DNA of 61,293 bases, counting the filler. It is 9 parts of 9 records of this genome, joined end to end, with 100 filler letters (N's around TTAATTAATTAA, not from the genome) between each part and the next. Parts side by side here need not be neighbours in the genome. Positions count along the whole stretch, not along the records: positions 1 to 4,900 come from SRR20825010_2026; positions 5,001 to 19,796 come from SRR20825010_2029; 7 more parts are not named here. One strand, 5' to 3'. Shown here piece after piece: positions 1 to 10,966 of this stretch (its first letter is position 1; each line of letters begins with the position of its first letter). Both the position numbers and the translations under genes were made by a program. The notes below the pieces were generated by a model. It was not told where the DNA came from, searched no databases, and was given only the letters and a program-made list of their open reading frames with translations.

Positions 1-571
1 CATAATCCATGATGTGCAGCATCCAGAAGAAATCATAGAAGCGCCAAACATCATTCCTTCGTGCCACCACGCGCCCGCTTGAGGGGGACACATAGATAAG
101 CGTGCCCTCTTCGTCATGCATATCTACCTGCCACACGGGTGTTTTGCCACGGTAGTCATAAGGGGCAATGTCCAGCAGTGTCGCTGTCGGAACACCAGCT
201 TGGCCCGTAAAATCAGCTTCGGCAACCGCAAGCGCATATGCCTCATCAAGCGGTGTGAGCTTCTCACCACCCTCAGCTGTATAGGCCGCCGAACTCCCGT
301 CCGCGAAGGTCAGTTCTATCGCCTGTTTGCCCGCGATGGTCCGTGCCTGCGCTGAAATAATGTCAGGATTACCAAGCGATGTGAGCAGGTTGCCAAGCTC
401 ATCGGCTGACAACGGCGTAGGATTTTGCACTGAAAGGTTGTGCTCCCCGCGCACCTGCTGGATCGGTATCCAGGTCATTACAACACCGCCAAGCGTCCAG
501 CACAAAAACTGGAGGCCAACGATTAAGCCGACCCATTTGTGAATTTTACTGACAATTTTATGCGCCCGCAC
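1..571 (-). CDS. PepSY-associated TM helix / PepSY domain membrane protein, 3'-truncated by the window edge (absent from the ORF track)
   Basis: My translation from GTG at 571: MRAHKIVSKIHKWVGLIVGLQFLCWTLGGVVMTWIP...RNDVWRFYDFFWMLHIMDY. The HKWxGL start and WRxYDFFWMLHIMDY motif are typical of this family. Confidence 0.85.
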   Translation of the reverse strand, partial: MRAHKIVSKIHKWVGLIVGLQFLCWTLGGVVMTWIPIQQVRGEHNLSVQNPTPLSADELGNLLTSLGNPDIISAQARTIAGKQAIELTFADGSSAAYTAEGGEKLTPLDEAYALAVAEADFTGQAGVPTATLLDIAPYDYRGKTPVWQVDMHDEEGTLIYVSPSSGRVVARRNDVWRFYDFFWMLHIMDY

Positions 572-953
572 CGACTTAGCCCCCCGCTGCTCAAAACTTC
601 TCTATTTCTTGGCTAGCACAGCAGGCCGAAAAGGCAAGCTTTTGGCGGCTTTCTGCCAGTTATCTACTGGCTTCAAACTGTGATAATGCCAGCCGGGAAA
701 TTTCATCGATCGTTTAAATATCGAATAATATCTTATACTTAAGATAGAATACTGCGACATTATAGTCACAGTATGGACCGATTGTTACATTTGTTACAAA
801 AGAGCCAGTGCTGAACACTCCCATTATGGTTAACCCGCCCGTCTCGGTGTTGGAGCCCTTGCGTATTTTTAGTGCTCCGGGGAGGGAGGACGCTTTTCGG
901 TTACCTGAAAAACATCGTCCCGCATGTGAAAAACCAACAGGGAGAATAAGGCA

Positions 954-3836
954 ATGAAACCCAATTTCAGCCGAACAAAGAAAGTGCAATTGCTCGCAAG
1001 CTGTGCAGCAGTAGCCTTTGCATATACAACCCCTACTTTAGCGCAAGACGCTGCTGTGGAGGAATTTGAGGAAGTGGTGGTCACGGGGTCCCGTATCCGC
1101 CAAAACCCGCTTGAAGCGCAAAACCCGGTGCAGATCCTTTCTGCTGCCGATATTGACCAGTCTGGTCAGGTGTCGATTGCAGATTTCCTGCAACGCCTGC
1201 CAATCGCTGGCTCAGCCATCAACCGCACCAACAACTCATCTGGTAACCTTGGCTTCCCGCCTGACGGCTCCGGCATTGGTGCTGGCGCAAGCCAGATCGA
1301 CCTTCGTTACCTGACTGCCAAGCGTGTGCTTGTGCTGGTGGACGGTAAGCGCTGGGTTCGCGGCTCAAGTGCATCTGGCGTTTCAGGTGCTGTTGACCTC
1401 AATACCATCCCGACCGGCATCATCAAATCGATCGAGGTATTGCAAGACGGCGCGTCCACCATTTATGGGTCTGACGCTATCGCAGGCGTGGTTAACATTA
1501 AAACCCGTGACGACTATGAAGGCTTCAGCGCAAGCGCTTATTATGGCATGTTTGATGAAGGCGACGGCAAAACGCAGGAATATGATGTTTCATGGGGTGC
1601 ATCGGGCGACCGCACACGCATCCTTGTTGACCTGAGCTATACCAAACAGGGCGCCGTGGAAGCCGCAGACCGTGAGCTGACAGCTTATGCTATCCCGTTT
1701 GAAAACCTTGGTGCTTCATCCGGTACACCGCAGGGTCGCTTTGTGTTCAATAACGACTTTGGCTCCATCACGCCAAACGACGGCGCAGGTGCGGTGCCAA
1801 ACTTTGACCCCGCCGACCCGACCGGGCCAAACTCAGACTATCACGCGTTCACGCTGGCTGACCGGTTCAACTACTCACCCTACAACAAAGTGATGACGCC
1901 AAGTGAGCGCATCAACATTTTTGCCAAGGCTGAGTATGACATCACAGACGCCATCAAAATGACGACCACAGCGGCATACAACAATCGCCGCTCTGTAAGC
2001 CAGGCAGCGCCTGAGCCGCTCTTCTTCGGCACCGACGCTGGCGCGGGTTTCTGGATGGACAATATCGTTGTGCCGGAAGACCACCCGTTCAACCCGTTTG
2101 GCATTGAACTAAACCCGACAACCTTCGCTTTCGGCGGTCGTCGTCCGATCGAGGCCGGGCCTCGTGTCTTCACCCAAAATGTTGATACATGGTATGTGTC
2201 CAACACCATTGAGGGTGAGGTCGAGTTCGCGGGCCGCAATTGGTATTGGGATGTGAACGGTACGTATTCACAGAGCCAGGCCAATCAGGTGAAAGAAGGC
2301 GCGTTTAATGCCCGCAAGATTAGCGAAGCGCTTGGTGACCCGGCAGTTTGCGCGGCCAACCCAAGCTGTGTACCGCTTAATATCTTTGGTGGCCAAGGTC
2401 CAGACGGCAACGGCACCATCACCCAGGCCATGCTCGACTACATCACCTTCACGCAGAAAGACGAAAGCCGTCAGAAACTGGCCGATTTCTCTGCGAACGT
2501 GGCAGGCGAGTTGTTCGACATGCCAGCGGGCCCACTTGGTATTGCCCTTGGCTGGGAATACCGCGAAGAAGAAGGCCGCTTTATCCCTGATAACGTGGTG
2601 TCATCCGGTGAAACTGCTGGTGTGCCGGCAAGCCCAACCTCGGGCCATATCCATGTGAAAGAGTTCTACGGTGAGATCAACGCACCGCTCCTCAGTGATA
2701 TGTCCTTCGCAAAATATGTTAACCTGAGCGCCGCGTTCCGCACGTCAGACTATAATACCTCTGGCAGCAATACGGTTTATAAGGTTGGCATGGCATGGCA
2801 GGTGAACGACGACCTTACCTTCCGTGGCAACTGGTCTGAAGGCTTCCGTGCACCCAACATCGGGGAACTTTACAACACGGGGTCGCGCTTCGACAGCACG
2901 ATCAGCGATCCCTGTAACTCCGGTGGTGGCAACACACCGCACGCAAACTGTGCGGCGCTTGGCGTGCCGGCTGATCTCGTGCAGATCAACCCGCAGATCA
3001 GCGTCACCACAGGTGGTAACGCGAGCCTGACACCTGAGACCGCAGAAACATGGACCGCAGGCATGACCTTCAGCCCAACCGGCATGGCCGATGCCATGGG
3101 CGTGCAGGGCATCACGTTTGAGGCAAACTACTATAACATCGCCATGGAAAACGTGATCCAGGCACCAAATGCCTCGGAAGTTCTGTCTGGTTGTGTGGAA
3201 ACGCTGTCTGATGTCTTCTGCAACGCAGTAACCCGCACGGCAAACGGCCAGGTAACCCGCATTGACGGCATCCTGACCAACATCGCAGCCATCGACACAC
3301 AGGGTATGGACTGGTCGATCTCCCTCGAGACAATGCCGGCCGATTGGGGTCAGCTTCGTTTCAAGTGGGTAAACAGTCACCTCTTCAAGTTTGAAGAGTC
3401 TGTACCAAACGCAACGGGCGGCATCGATGTGGTTGACCGTGCTGGTACTGAGCTTGGCTCACCAGAGCGTGCCTATGTGAAATACAAGTCCTCACTCTTC
3501 ATCGACTGGACACGTGAAGAATGGACAGTGGGTGCCACGTTCCGTTACCTCGGCAGTGTTGACGAGGGCTGCGGCGGCGTGATCGGCGACTTTGGCTTCA
3601 CCCAGTACTGCACGAACGGTGCTGACGGCAATACGCTCGGTGACACATTCTACACGGACATGCAGTTCACCTATCGTCCGGAAGCGTGGGAAGGTTTCGC
3701 CTTCACGCTTGGTGTGCAGAACTTGCTGGATCAGGATCCACCACTATGCACGACCTGTGACCTCAACAACTTTGACGGCACAATCCACGCAACACCGGGC
3801 CGCTTCTTCTATGGCCAGGTACAGTTCAAGATGTAA
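954..3836 (+). CDS. TonB-dependent outer-membrane receptor
   Basis: 960 aa with a signal peptide, [11 protein letters not shown]onB-box region, plug motif [23 protein letters not shown], and barrel C-terminus GVQNLLD...[20 protein letters not shown] upstream. Confidence 0.95.
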   Translation: MKPNFSRTKKVQLLASCAAVAFAYTTPTLAQDAAVEEFEEVVVTGSRIRQNPLEAQNPVQILSAADIDQSGQVSIADFLQRLPIAGSAINRTNNSSGNLGFPPDGSGIGAGASQIDLRYLTAKRVLVLVDGKRWVRGSSASGVSGAVDLNTIPTGIIKSIEVLQDGASTIYGSDAIAGVVNIKTRDDYEGFSASAYYGMFDEGDGKTQEYDVSWGASGDRTRILVDLSYTKQGAVEAADRELTAYAIPFENLGASSGTPQGRFVFNNDFGSITPNDGAGAVPNFDPADPTGPNSDYHAFTLADRFNYSPYNKVMTPSERINIFAKAEYDITDAIKMTTTAAYNNRRSVSQAAPEPLFFGTDAGAGFWMDNIVVPEDHPFNPFGIELNPTTFAFGGRRPIEAGPRVFTQNVDTWYVSNTIEGEVEFAGRNWYWDVNGTYSQSQANQVKEGAFNARKISEALGDPAVCAANPSCVPLNIFGGQGPDGNGTITQAMLDYITFTQKDESRQKLADFSANVAGELFDMPAGPLGIALGWEYREEEGRFIPDNVVSSGETAGVPASPTSGHIHVKEFYGEINAPLLSDMSFAKYVNLSAAFRTSDYNTSGSNTVYKVGMAWQVNDDLTFRGNWSEGFRAPNIGELYNTGSRFDSTISDPCNSGGGNTPHANCAALGVPADLVQINPQISVTTGGNASLTPETAETWTAGMTFSPTGMADAMGVQGITFEANYYNIAMENVIQAPNASEVLSGCVETLSDVFCNAVTRTANGQVTRIDGILTNIAAIDTQGMDWSISLETMPADWGQLRFKWVNSHLFKFEESVPNATGGIDVVDRAGTELGSPERAYVKYKSSLFIDWTREEWTVGATFRYLGSVDEGCGGVIGDFGFTQYCTNGADGNTLGDTFYTDMQFTYRPEAWEGFAFTLGVQNLLDQDPPLCTTCDLNNFDGTIHATPGRFFYGQVQFKM

Positions 3837-3861
3837 TCTTGGGCTTAAGCCTTTAAACAGG

Positions 3862-3887
3862 AAAGGCGCCTCGCGGGGCGCCTTTTT
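3862..3887 (+). terminator. Rho-independent terminator, probably bidirectional, between convergent genes
   Basis: AAAGGCGCC-TCGCGG-GGCGCCTTTTT stem-loop with a T tract, 25 bp after the receptor stop. Confidence 0.85.
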
Positions 3888-3906
3888 CATTGGGTGGAGC
3901 TCAGTT

Positions 3907-4900
3907 TTAGCTGGCGTTGTGGCCAAGGATCGACTTGACCTCAAGGAAATCCGCGAACGCATGGTCGCCCCATTCCCGCCCGTTGCCTGACTGCTTGTAA
4001 CCGCCAAACGGTGCTGAAAGGTCACCTGCGGCGCCATTGATATATACCATGCCGGTACGCATACGGGATGCTACACGCTGTGCCCGTGCGTGATCCTTCG
4101 ACTGTACGGCACCGGACAGCCCGTAAAGGCTATCGTTTGCAATGCGCACAGCCTCGTCCTCATCTTCATAGCCAATGATCGAGAGCACAGGACCAAACAC
4201 CTCTTCCCGTGCGATGGTCATCTCGGGCTTCACGTCCGCGAACACAGTTGGTTTCACGAAAAAACCTTCCGGGCAGCCGTCCGGCCTGCCGGTCCCGCCT
4301 GCTACAAGCCGCGCACCTTCATCAATCCCGATCTGGATCATCTCACCCACTTTATGGAACTGCGCCTCATGCGCGATAGGCCCCATGGTGGTCTCGTCCT
4401 TGTTCGGGTCACCGGTTACAACGGTGGAAACCGCTTGCGCCGCAATTGCCGCCGCTTCGTCCATGCGGCTATGGGGCACCAGCATGCGGGTAAGTGCGGT
4501 ACAGGTCTGGCCAGTGTTACGCATTACGCTCGCTGCCTCACGCGCTACAACGGCTTCAAGGTCTGCGTCATCGAGCACAATATTGGCTGACTTGCCGCCA
4601 AGTTCCTGCGCCACACGTTTGATGGTCTTGGCCGCATTGGCCTGCACAGCCGCCCCCATACGGGTTGAGCCGGTGACCGACATCATATCAACGCCTGGGT
4701 GGCCGGAAAGTGCTTCACCCACCGATTGGCCTTCACCGTATACGAGGTTATAAACACCCTTCGGCACACCAGCCGCGTGCACCATCTCGGTGAAAAGCTG
4801 CGCGCTATAAGGCGCCACTTCGCTTGGCTTCAGCACCATGGCGCAGCCGGTTGCAATCGCGGGCGCAACCTTGCAGGCGATCTGGTTGATCGGCCAGTTC
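3907..4900 (-). CDS. Aldehyde dehydrogenase family protein, 5'-truncated
   Basis: NWP..., KPSE, TGST, QELGGKS, catalytic Cys in NTGQTC, EEVFGP and PFGGYKQSG motifs. The frame is open to the contig end. Confidence 0.93.
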
Positions 4901-5000
4901 NNNNNNNNNNNNNNNNNNNNNNNNNNNNNNNNNNNNNNNNNNNNTTAATTAATTAANNNNNNNNNNNNNNNNNNNNNNNNNNNNNNNNNNNNNNNNNNNN
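4901..5000. other. Artificial contig-joining spacer
   Basis: 44 N + TTAATTAATTAA + 44 N. Confidence 0.99.
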
Positions 5001-5060
5001 GGTGCGGCTCATTAAATCAACAGCCCGCTAGGCCCGCGACCGGTTGGCGGAGACCCTTGA

Positions 5061-5135
5061 CGTCGGTCGGCCACTCTTGGCCGACGTTTGAGATTGGCAT
5101 GCACCGGGAAGACGGGCAAAAGTGCCCGTCATGCG
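5061..5135. repeat. REP-like inverted palindrome doublet
   Basis: GTCGGCCA-CTCT-TGGCCGAC (5066-5085) and GACGGGCA-AAAG-TGCCCGTC (5111-5130). The two hairpins are related and inverted. Confidence 0.6.
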
Positions 5136-5188
5136 TGGAATGGTTGGCGACTTTTTGGGTGGATGAAGACTTTGTCGCCGGACTTGGT

Positions 5189-6199
5189 TCAGGACTGTTG
5201 AGCCTTAGCGGCTTCCAAGTCTTCGAACGTTCGCAGGTGATAGTCGATGCCGACTTTGTCGAGCACGCGGCATAGACCGCGAGCGGCGATGCCAAATCCA
5301 TCGGGACCGCTGAAGCCGCCGAATTGACCGCCACCACGAACGTGAGGTTCGAGGTCCAAGTAAATGCCTTCGACTCCGCGTCGTGACATTCGATCCGCGA
5401 GCGTTGGCAGGAACGTTTTAAGGTCTTCGAAGATGCGTTCGTGGGCGCTGTCGCCTTGGTCGGCCGGCACAAAGTGACTGGCGGATTCTTCGTCGACGTG
5501 ATCAACCCGGCCGTTCAGTGATGGGTCTTTGTAGTCCTTGATGTGCAGCCAACCGAGCGACGGTTTCATCGCCTCGTACTGGGCGTAGACCTGATCCGAT
5601 GTCAGACCCTGCATCACCATGTTGGCTCCATCAAAGATCGTGACGAGAGCTGGGTTGTTGACCTTCTCTGCGATCGCGGCAAGTAAGTCGCCGGTTTGGC
5701 CAACCAAGTTTGCTTCGACTTCCAAGCCAAACGTCAAACCACGTTTGTCGCACGCTTCAGCGATTTGCCCGAGTTGGTCGGAGACCTGATCGATGTGATC
5801 TTCGGGCGACGTGCCTTTGGGGTGATAGAACGAGAAACCGCGAAGCAATTTGCAGTCGAAGGCCTCCGCCCGATCGCAAGCAGTTTGCACGTCTTCGGCG
5901 AGGTATTTTTCAAATGGAATGAACTTGTTCGAAGTCCCATCCTCGACGTCCAGCAGCTTCACCTTGCCAATCGGCGAGCCGATGCTGCTGACCGACATTC
6001 CATACTCTTTGTGCAGTTCCTGAAGCGTCTCAATTTCGGAAGGTTCCAGCATCATCACGTTTTTGATGCCATTTCCGACATCGACGAAACGAATCGAGTA
6101 GTGCTGAAGACCGATGGCCGCCAGAGCAGCGAATTGCTCGTTGGCTTTTTTCGAGAAAGCGGATTCGTCGGCGAAACCAGACAGAATGACGGAGGACAT
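5189..6199 (-). CDS. Sugar phosphate isomerase/epimerase (xylose-isomerase-like TIM barrel)
   Basis: LSGFADE start, GSPIGK, and metal-ligand pattern GLEVE / FDGAN / LHIKD / LEPH. Confidence 0.85.
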   Translation of the reverse strand: MSSVILSGFADESAFSKKANEQFAALAAIGLQHYSIRFVDVGNGIKNVMMLEPSEIETLQELHKEYGMSVSSIGSPIGKVKLLDVEDGTSNKFIPFEKYLAEDVQTACDRAEAFDCKLLRGFSFYHPKGTSPEDHIDQVSDQLGQIAEACDKRGLTFGLEVEANLVGQTGDLLAAIAEKVNNPALVTIFDGANMVMQGLTSDQVYAQYEAMKPSLGWLHIKDYKDPSLNGRVDHVDEESASHFVPADQGDSAHERIFEDLKTFLPTLADRMSRRGVEGIYLDLEPHVRGGGQFGGFSGPDGFGIAARGLCRVLDKVGIDYHLRTFEDLEAAKAQQS

Positions 6200-6250
6200 G
6201 GCGCAGGCGGGTTTTGTGGGGAAGGACGGGAAATTCGTGCCGTGATCAGA

Positions 6251-6616
6251 TCACGCTTCGTCGGGGTAAGTCACGATAATGTTGCTGTTCAGGCCGCCGC
6301 GTGGCGTCCATTTGCTCTCGACGGTGACTTTGCGAGGCTGGACGACGGCGACAAAGTCGTCCAGAATTCGGTTAGTGACTTGCTCGTAGAAAATTCCTTC
6401 GTTGCGGAACTTCTGCAAGTACATTTTCAAACTCTTCAGCTCCACGCAGACACGGTCTGGAACGTACGTGAAAACGATCGTTCCATAGTCAGGTTGTCCC
6501 GTTTTCGGGCAAACCGACGTGAATTCCGGGCAATGATGCTCGATCGTGAAATTTCGTGTCGGGGCGGGGTTTTCAAAAACTTCGAGAGTGTCTCGAAAAG
6601 AGGCTGTGTCGCTCAC
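6251..6616 (-). CDS. queF: NADPH-dependent preQ0 (7-cyano-7-deazaguanine) reductase, short type
   Basis: [15 protein letters not shown] with the catalytic Cys, QueF motif ELKSLKMY, and TPRGG. Confidence 0.93.
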   Translation of the reverse strand: MSDTASFRDTLEVFENPAPTRNFTIEHHCPEFTSVCPKTGQPDYGTIVFTYVPDRVCVELKSLKMYLQKFRNEGIFYEQVTNRILDDFVAVVQPRKVTVESKWTPRGGLNSNIIVTYPDEA

Positions 6617-6650
6617 GTGGTTTGGTTCACTTCTAGAAACGCGGTGTCGT

Positions 6651-7424
6651 TTGAAATCGGTCGATCATCCAGTCGATGTTTTACCCGCTGAGCACTCGGC
6701 GGAAACCCCCGGGGACGCACGCGCCTCGGCATCGTCGCTGCTGATTTCAGAAACCTTCGTCAGTCGTCAAGGCGAAGGCGAATTGACCGGCACCGAAAGC
6801 GTCTTCATCCGGACCAGTGGCTGCAATCTGCGGTGCTGGTTTTGCGACACGCCTTACGCGTCTTGGAAGCCCGAAGGAACGCGGCAAACGATCGAGGACT
6901 TGTTGCAATTGGTCGCGAAGTCAGGCGTGAAGCACGTGGTGCTGACCGGTGGAGAACCTTTGATTGCCAAGGGGATCGTCAGCTTGATCGATCAGTTGCG
7001 ATCGGCGGGGAATCACGTGACGATTGAAACCGCTGGAACCGTCGACCCTGGTGCGAGATGCGATTTGCTGTCGCTCAGCCCTAAGCTGCGGGCCAGCACT
7101 CCAGACGCGAAGGATCACCCGCGCCTGGCAAAAATGCACGCTCAAAGGCGTTTGCCAATCGACACGATGAAGCAGTTGATCCAATCCGCAGAAGCGACTC
7201 AAGTCAAATTTGTGGTCGATTCGGCCGATGAATTGCCGGAGATCGACGAGGTCGTGCGGCAATTGGAGATCGCAGCGGATGCGGTGTATCTAATGCCGCA
7301 AGGAATCTCGGTCGAACAGCTGGACGCCGCACGCCCATGGTTGGAACCGATGGCGATCTCGCGAGGCTATCAATATTGCGACCGCATGCAGATTCGATGG
7401 TACGGCAACCGCCGGGGAACCTGA
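6651..7424 (+). CDS. queE: 7-carboxy-7-deazaguanine synthase (radical SAM)
   Basis: [26 protein letters not shown] (CxxxCxxC), LTGGEP, IETAGT, SPKL. Start set at TTG 6651 because the ORF-track start overlaps queF. Confidence 0.92.
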   Translation: MKSVDHPVDVLPAEHSAETPGDARASASSLLISETFVSRQGEGELTGTESVFIRTSGCNLRCWFCDTPYASWKPEGTRQTIEDLLQLVAKSGVKHVVLTGGEPLIAKGIVSLIDQLRSAGNHVTIETAGTVDPGARCDLLSLSPKLRASTPDAKDHPRLAKMHAQRRLPIDTMKQLIQSAEATQVKFVVDSADELPEIDEVVRQLEIAADAVYLMPQGISVEQLDAARPWLEPMAISRGYQYCDRMQIRWYGNRRGT

Positions 7425-7525
7425 TTGGAGTAAAACCCGAATTGAAGTTTTTCGCCAGTGAAACCGGTGTGAAGGAAATTCCGTCTGGCAAAGTAGACCC
7501 GGCCAACCGATTAGATTCAGTGCGC

Positions 7526-7560
7526 AAAAAAAATCGGCGTCGTTTGAAAACGACGCCGAT
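7526..7560 (-). terminator. Rho-independent terminator
   Basis: A8 followed by ATCGGCGTCGTTT-GA-AAACGACGCCGAT. On the minus strand this is a hairpin plus T tract after the 7590 stop. Confidence 0.85.
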
Positions 7561-7589
7561 CGGAATGTCTGAAGTAGCTGCGGTTGTTC

Positions 7590-8363
7590 TCAAAGCGACA
7601 GAGCGTCTGCTGGGACCAGAACGTCGCCCAGATCGTTCATGCCGGGTTTGATGTCCAGTTCGAAGCGACTGCGACGCCATGATTCCTTCTCACCGTCGAT
7701 CGTGACTTCGTCGATTTTGCCGGCTTCGTGCGTAACGCGGAACATGACTTCGCCAGTTGGGATACCTTCGATGGTCAGCGTTCCGTCTTCACCGCTCACG
7801 GCAGCGTACGGGTGTTCCAAAACCACGACGTAAGCACGCATCCAAGGGTGAATGTTGCACTCAACCGGAATTGCAGCCGGTTCTGGTTTTTCCAGAGCGA
7901 CTTCTTTGTCGGCACCAGCTGGAATCATCAAGTTCTCAGCCTTGTTGGCGAAGAAGTTCAAATTCGCGTTGTGACCGACCGAGTCAGGGTTGGTGATCTT
8001 CAGCGTGTCACCAGTTTGTGCGATCACATAGTGAGGCTCAAAGCGGCACTTGTCGTTGGCCAATTCGTGAGTGGCGTTCTTTGGAGCGACATCATCCAAT
8101 TTGGTTCCGCCACGACCGGTGTAGACGTAGACCAAGACATTCTTGATGCCTTTCGTCTCCGAGTCGACCAACAATTTTTCGTTTGGAATATCGTGCTGGC
8201 CGCAGAACGCGATGTCTTTGTTCGGTTCAATCAGCTCCACTTTGGGAGCGTCTTTGGAGTCGTAAACGAAACGCATTTTCAACGTTCCAGTCTCGGCCAT
8301 AGCCATCGATGCGGTCAGTGCACACGCAGCGGCGGTGCCGGCAATCAGAGGACGGATATTCAA
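7590..8363 (-). CDS. Secreted cupredoxin-like / carboxypeptidase-regulatory-like domain protein
   Basis: TTG start with AGGAG SD and a signal peptide (AMA-E). Motifs CRFEPH, NPDSVGHN, CNIHPWM. Confidence 0.75.
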   Translation of the reverse strand: MNIRPLIAGTAAACALTASMAMAETGTLKMRFVYDSKDAPKVELIEPNKDIAFCGQHDIPNEKLLVDSETKGIKNVLVYVYTGRGGTKLDDVAPKNATHELANDKCRFEPHYVIAQTGDTLKITNPDSVGHNANLNFFANKAENLMIPAGADKEVALEKPEPAAIPVECNIHPWMRAYVVVLEHPYAAVSGEDGTLTIEGIPTGEVMFRVTHEAGKIDEVTIDGEKESWRRSRFELDIKPGMNDLGDVLVPADALSL

Positions 8364-8614
8364 AGGGGTTTCTCCTAGAAGAACGATTGTTCGGTGTAGG
8401 TGGGTGACGACGTGACGATGCGTTTCGCAAAGCCTATCTGCAGGTGTCGTCGTCAGAAAGGTGGGCATTCCATTGTATCAATCCGACAACGAAAGTCCAG
8501 GAATGGGGGGGCGAAACGCGAATGAATCATCAAGCAATCGACTTTGCCGCCGACGGATCCTGAAGTCCCTCACGCGGTCAGCCGCCTCGGAAATAGAGCA
8601 GGTGAATGCAATCG

Positions 8615-10966
8615 TTATCTGAAACGAAATGAACTTGAAAGGAGTTCGTAGATTCTTTGCCAAACCGAAGCCGATTCGACCGCGATTTTTACTCTTCCGG
8701 ACGCCCCCGCGACGCATGTCACGGGTGCTGTGACGGAATTGTCGATTGCAATTTCAATGACATAGCTGGTTCCCGGCGTCCGTGTCGCTTGATCAGCTCG
8801 GTGATGGTCTCGTCGGGGAGCGTCGATTCGTGGGTCGAAGGTTTCTTCGGAAATCTGAACAACCCGGCCGCGAAAAACTTGATTGGGCGAGGAGTCGCGA
8901 ATCATCAAGGCTTCGTCGCCGAGCGAAATTCGTTGCCGCTGAACGGAGCGAACCACTACCTCGCCTCGCCATCGGATGCAGGGGGGCGTTTGTTGGTCAG
9001 CAAATGGCGGTTCTGAGAGTTGCGGTGATCGAACTGGGCGGGCAAATTCTGTGTCCAGTGAAGCGATACTCAGCAATTCAGTCCCCGCTTCGAGCAGGCA
9101 TCCACCGTTTTCTTTGGATGTGGGAAAACCGGACCAAGATGCTAGCCGAACCGCGGTGCGATCCATTGTCGGATTCAAGCCCGGTCCGATATCCAGTGGA
9201 TTCGCATCGGCATCAAGCAAAGCGTCTGAAGCGGATTGCGGATAGCTTTGAGCGATCATCACGACGCCATCACACGGAGCGGTGATCGTTAGCGAGTCAC
9301 GTCGCCGATTTGCTGCTGCCAAGCGGTCTCGCATTTCGTCCAGCAACGCTTCCGCAGCGGGCAGCTGCGAACTGGCTTCTGGGACCAGCGTCTGCGACGC
9401 ATGCAATCCTTCGAGTCTCATCGTTTGTTGACGGACGTCACCCTCGGCTTCGAGAACCTCCAACTCGATTTCTGGATTGGACAGTTCTGCCAAGACATCG
9501 CCGCGGCGGACCGTTTGCCCCGGATCAACATGGATTTGGCTCAGAATGCCGGGTGAAGTCAGATGCACACGGGTTTCTTGTTCCGGCAAGATGCGAACGG
9601 TGCTGTAGACATGACGCGGCAACGGAACCGTTCCGGCAAAGGCCATCGCGGCAAGCAAGGTGCACCACGCGATGGCTCGTCGGGGGCGAATGTTTCGGCG
9701 GTTCATAGGATTGTTCCAAAACCGACGCAGCGGCACCAACCCAGCCCACAGCATGGAGGCTGCTGCGACGAGGGCGATCATTTGGCCAATGATTTCTAAA
9801 CCGTAGGGTCTCAGCGAGGTCCAGATAAAACCGATGATGGTCGCCATCAAAACCCATCGATACGCAAGCGAAGTGACCGCATAGGCAAGCAACCACGTCG
9901 AACGGTCCGCGGGTTCGTGGGGAGCTCCCGTTTCCACACCCAAGAAAACTCGCGATAAAAACTGCCCCCATCGCCGTTGGGCTCGTTGAGCCAAGTTGGG
10001 CATGTCGGTCAAATCCGACAACAGATAGTACCCGTCGTATCGCAACAGCGGATTGGCGTTGAAAACGATTGTGCTGACTCCGCAAACGATCATCACGTGG
10101 GAAGCAATCGTGTGGGTCAGGCCCGCCGGCGTTCGAAGCCAAACCCACGCCGCGATGGATGCGATGAGAACTTCCGTGGCAATGCCCGCCAAAGCAACCG
10201 CCGCTCGTTGCACACGACTGGGGATCATCCACGATCCGCTGGTGTCGCAGTACAACGCGGGTGTGAAAACGAGCAGCATTGGACCGATCGACCGACACTT
10301 GGCACCAAATCGCTCTGACACCACAGCGTGCCCCAATTCGTGCGCGACTTTTGTGATAGCAACCACGACGGCCAAGATCATTGCGTTCTGCAGTGTCAAC
10401 CACTCGTGTGATGCGGGCAATTCCGCAAGATAACGCTGGCGGTGAACCAGCATCATCACGGCTGCGGAAAGGACCAACGCCAAATAAGCGAGCATGCCGA
10501 ATGGAGCAAGCAACGGACGAACGATCGGCATCAGGATCCGCATGATCGGTGCTGGATCAACTCCAGGAAACCGCATGAACAACCATTGTGATGCCATCGC
10601 CAAACGTTTTTGCCGGCGGTCCGCGTCCGCTCGCTGGAGCAAAGGTTCACCTTGCAAGGCCGACTGACTAACCGTCAATCCGCTTTCGTGAAAACGGAAC
10701 AGCAACGCGTTGATTTGGTTGGGGCGAACGCGACGATTGGGATAGCGAGCCTGATACTTATCTCGCAAATCATCCAGGCTGCATTGCCCATCAAGTAACG
10801 TCAGCAGAAAGTATTCGTCTTCGCGAAGACGGTGATACTGTCCCGAGATCGCATCATGGACGACCGCCCAACCCGCATGACGATGAGAAACTCGAACCGC
10901 TTTCAGGCCGACTTTGTGGTGAATTCCGAGCGGCCGACGCGTTGAAGAATCAGTGCCGGTGTTCAT
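8615..10966 (-). CDS. Site-2 (M50) zinc metalloprotease fused to an N-terminal PqqD/RRE-like domain and a C-terminal HlyD-type adaptor
   Basis: HELGH and NANPLLRYDGY motifs, multiple TM helices, lipoyl-like GILSQIHVDPGQTVRRGDVLAEL and ITAPCDG around a coiled coil. ATG overlaps the upstream stop (ATGA). Confidence 0.88.
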   Translation of the reverse strand: MNTGTDSSTRRPLGIHHKVGLKAVRVSHRHAGWAVVHDAISGQYHRLREDEYFLLTLLDGQCSLDDLRDKYQARYPNRRVRPNQINALLFRFHESGLTVSQSALQGEPLLQRADADRRQKRLAMASQWLFMRFPGVDPAPIMRILMPIVRPLLAPFGMLAYLALVLSAAVMMLVHRQRYLAELPASHEWLTLQNAMILAVVVAITKVAHELGHAVVSERFGAKCRSIGPMLLVFTPALYCDTSGSWMIPSRVQRAAVALAGIATEVLIASIAAWVWLRTPAGLTHTIASHVMIVCGVSTIVFNANPLLRYDGYYLLSDLTDMPNLAQRAQRRWGQFLSRVFLGVETGAPHEPADRSTWLLAYAVTSLAYRWVLMATIIGFIWTSLRPYGLEIIGQMIALVAAASMLWAGLVPLRRFWNNPMNRRNIRPRRAIAWCTLLAAMAFAGTVPLPRHVYSTVRILPEQETRVHLTSPGILSQIHVDPGQTVRRGDVLAELSNPEIELEVLEAEGDVRQQTMRLEGLHASQTLVPEASSQLPAAEALLDEMRDRLAAANRRRDSLTITAPCDGVVMIAQSYPQSASDALLDADANPLDIGPGLNPTMDRTAVRLASWSGFPTSKENGGCLLEAGTELLSIASLDTEFARPVRSPQLSEPPFADQQTPPCIRWRGEVVVRSVQRQRISLGDEALMIRDSSPNQVFRGRVVQISEETFDPRIDAPRRDHHRADQATRTPGTSYVIEIAIDNSVTAPVTCVAGASGRVKIAVESASVWQRIYELLSSSFRFR

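Noticed and set aside
116..542. Short plus-strand ORFs listed in the track
   Set aside because: They are antisense to the real PepSY-TM gene on the minus strand.
810..953. Cobalamin or TPP riboswitch upstream of the TonB receptor
   Set aside because: I could not find the B12-box or the TPP core motifs.
4945..4956. Recurrent TTAATTAATTAA as a biological repeat or CRISPR-like unit
   Set aside because: Artificial six-frame stop linker embedded in Ns.
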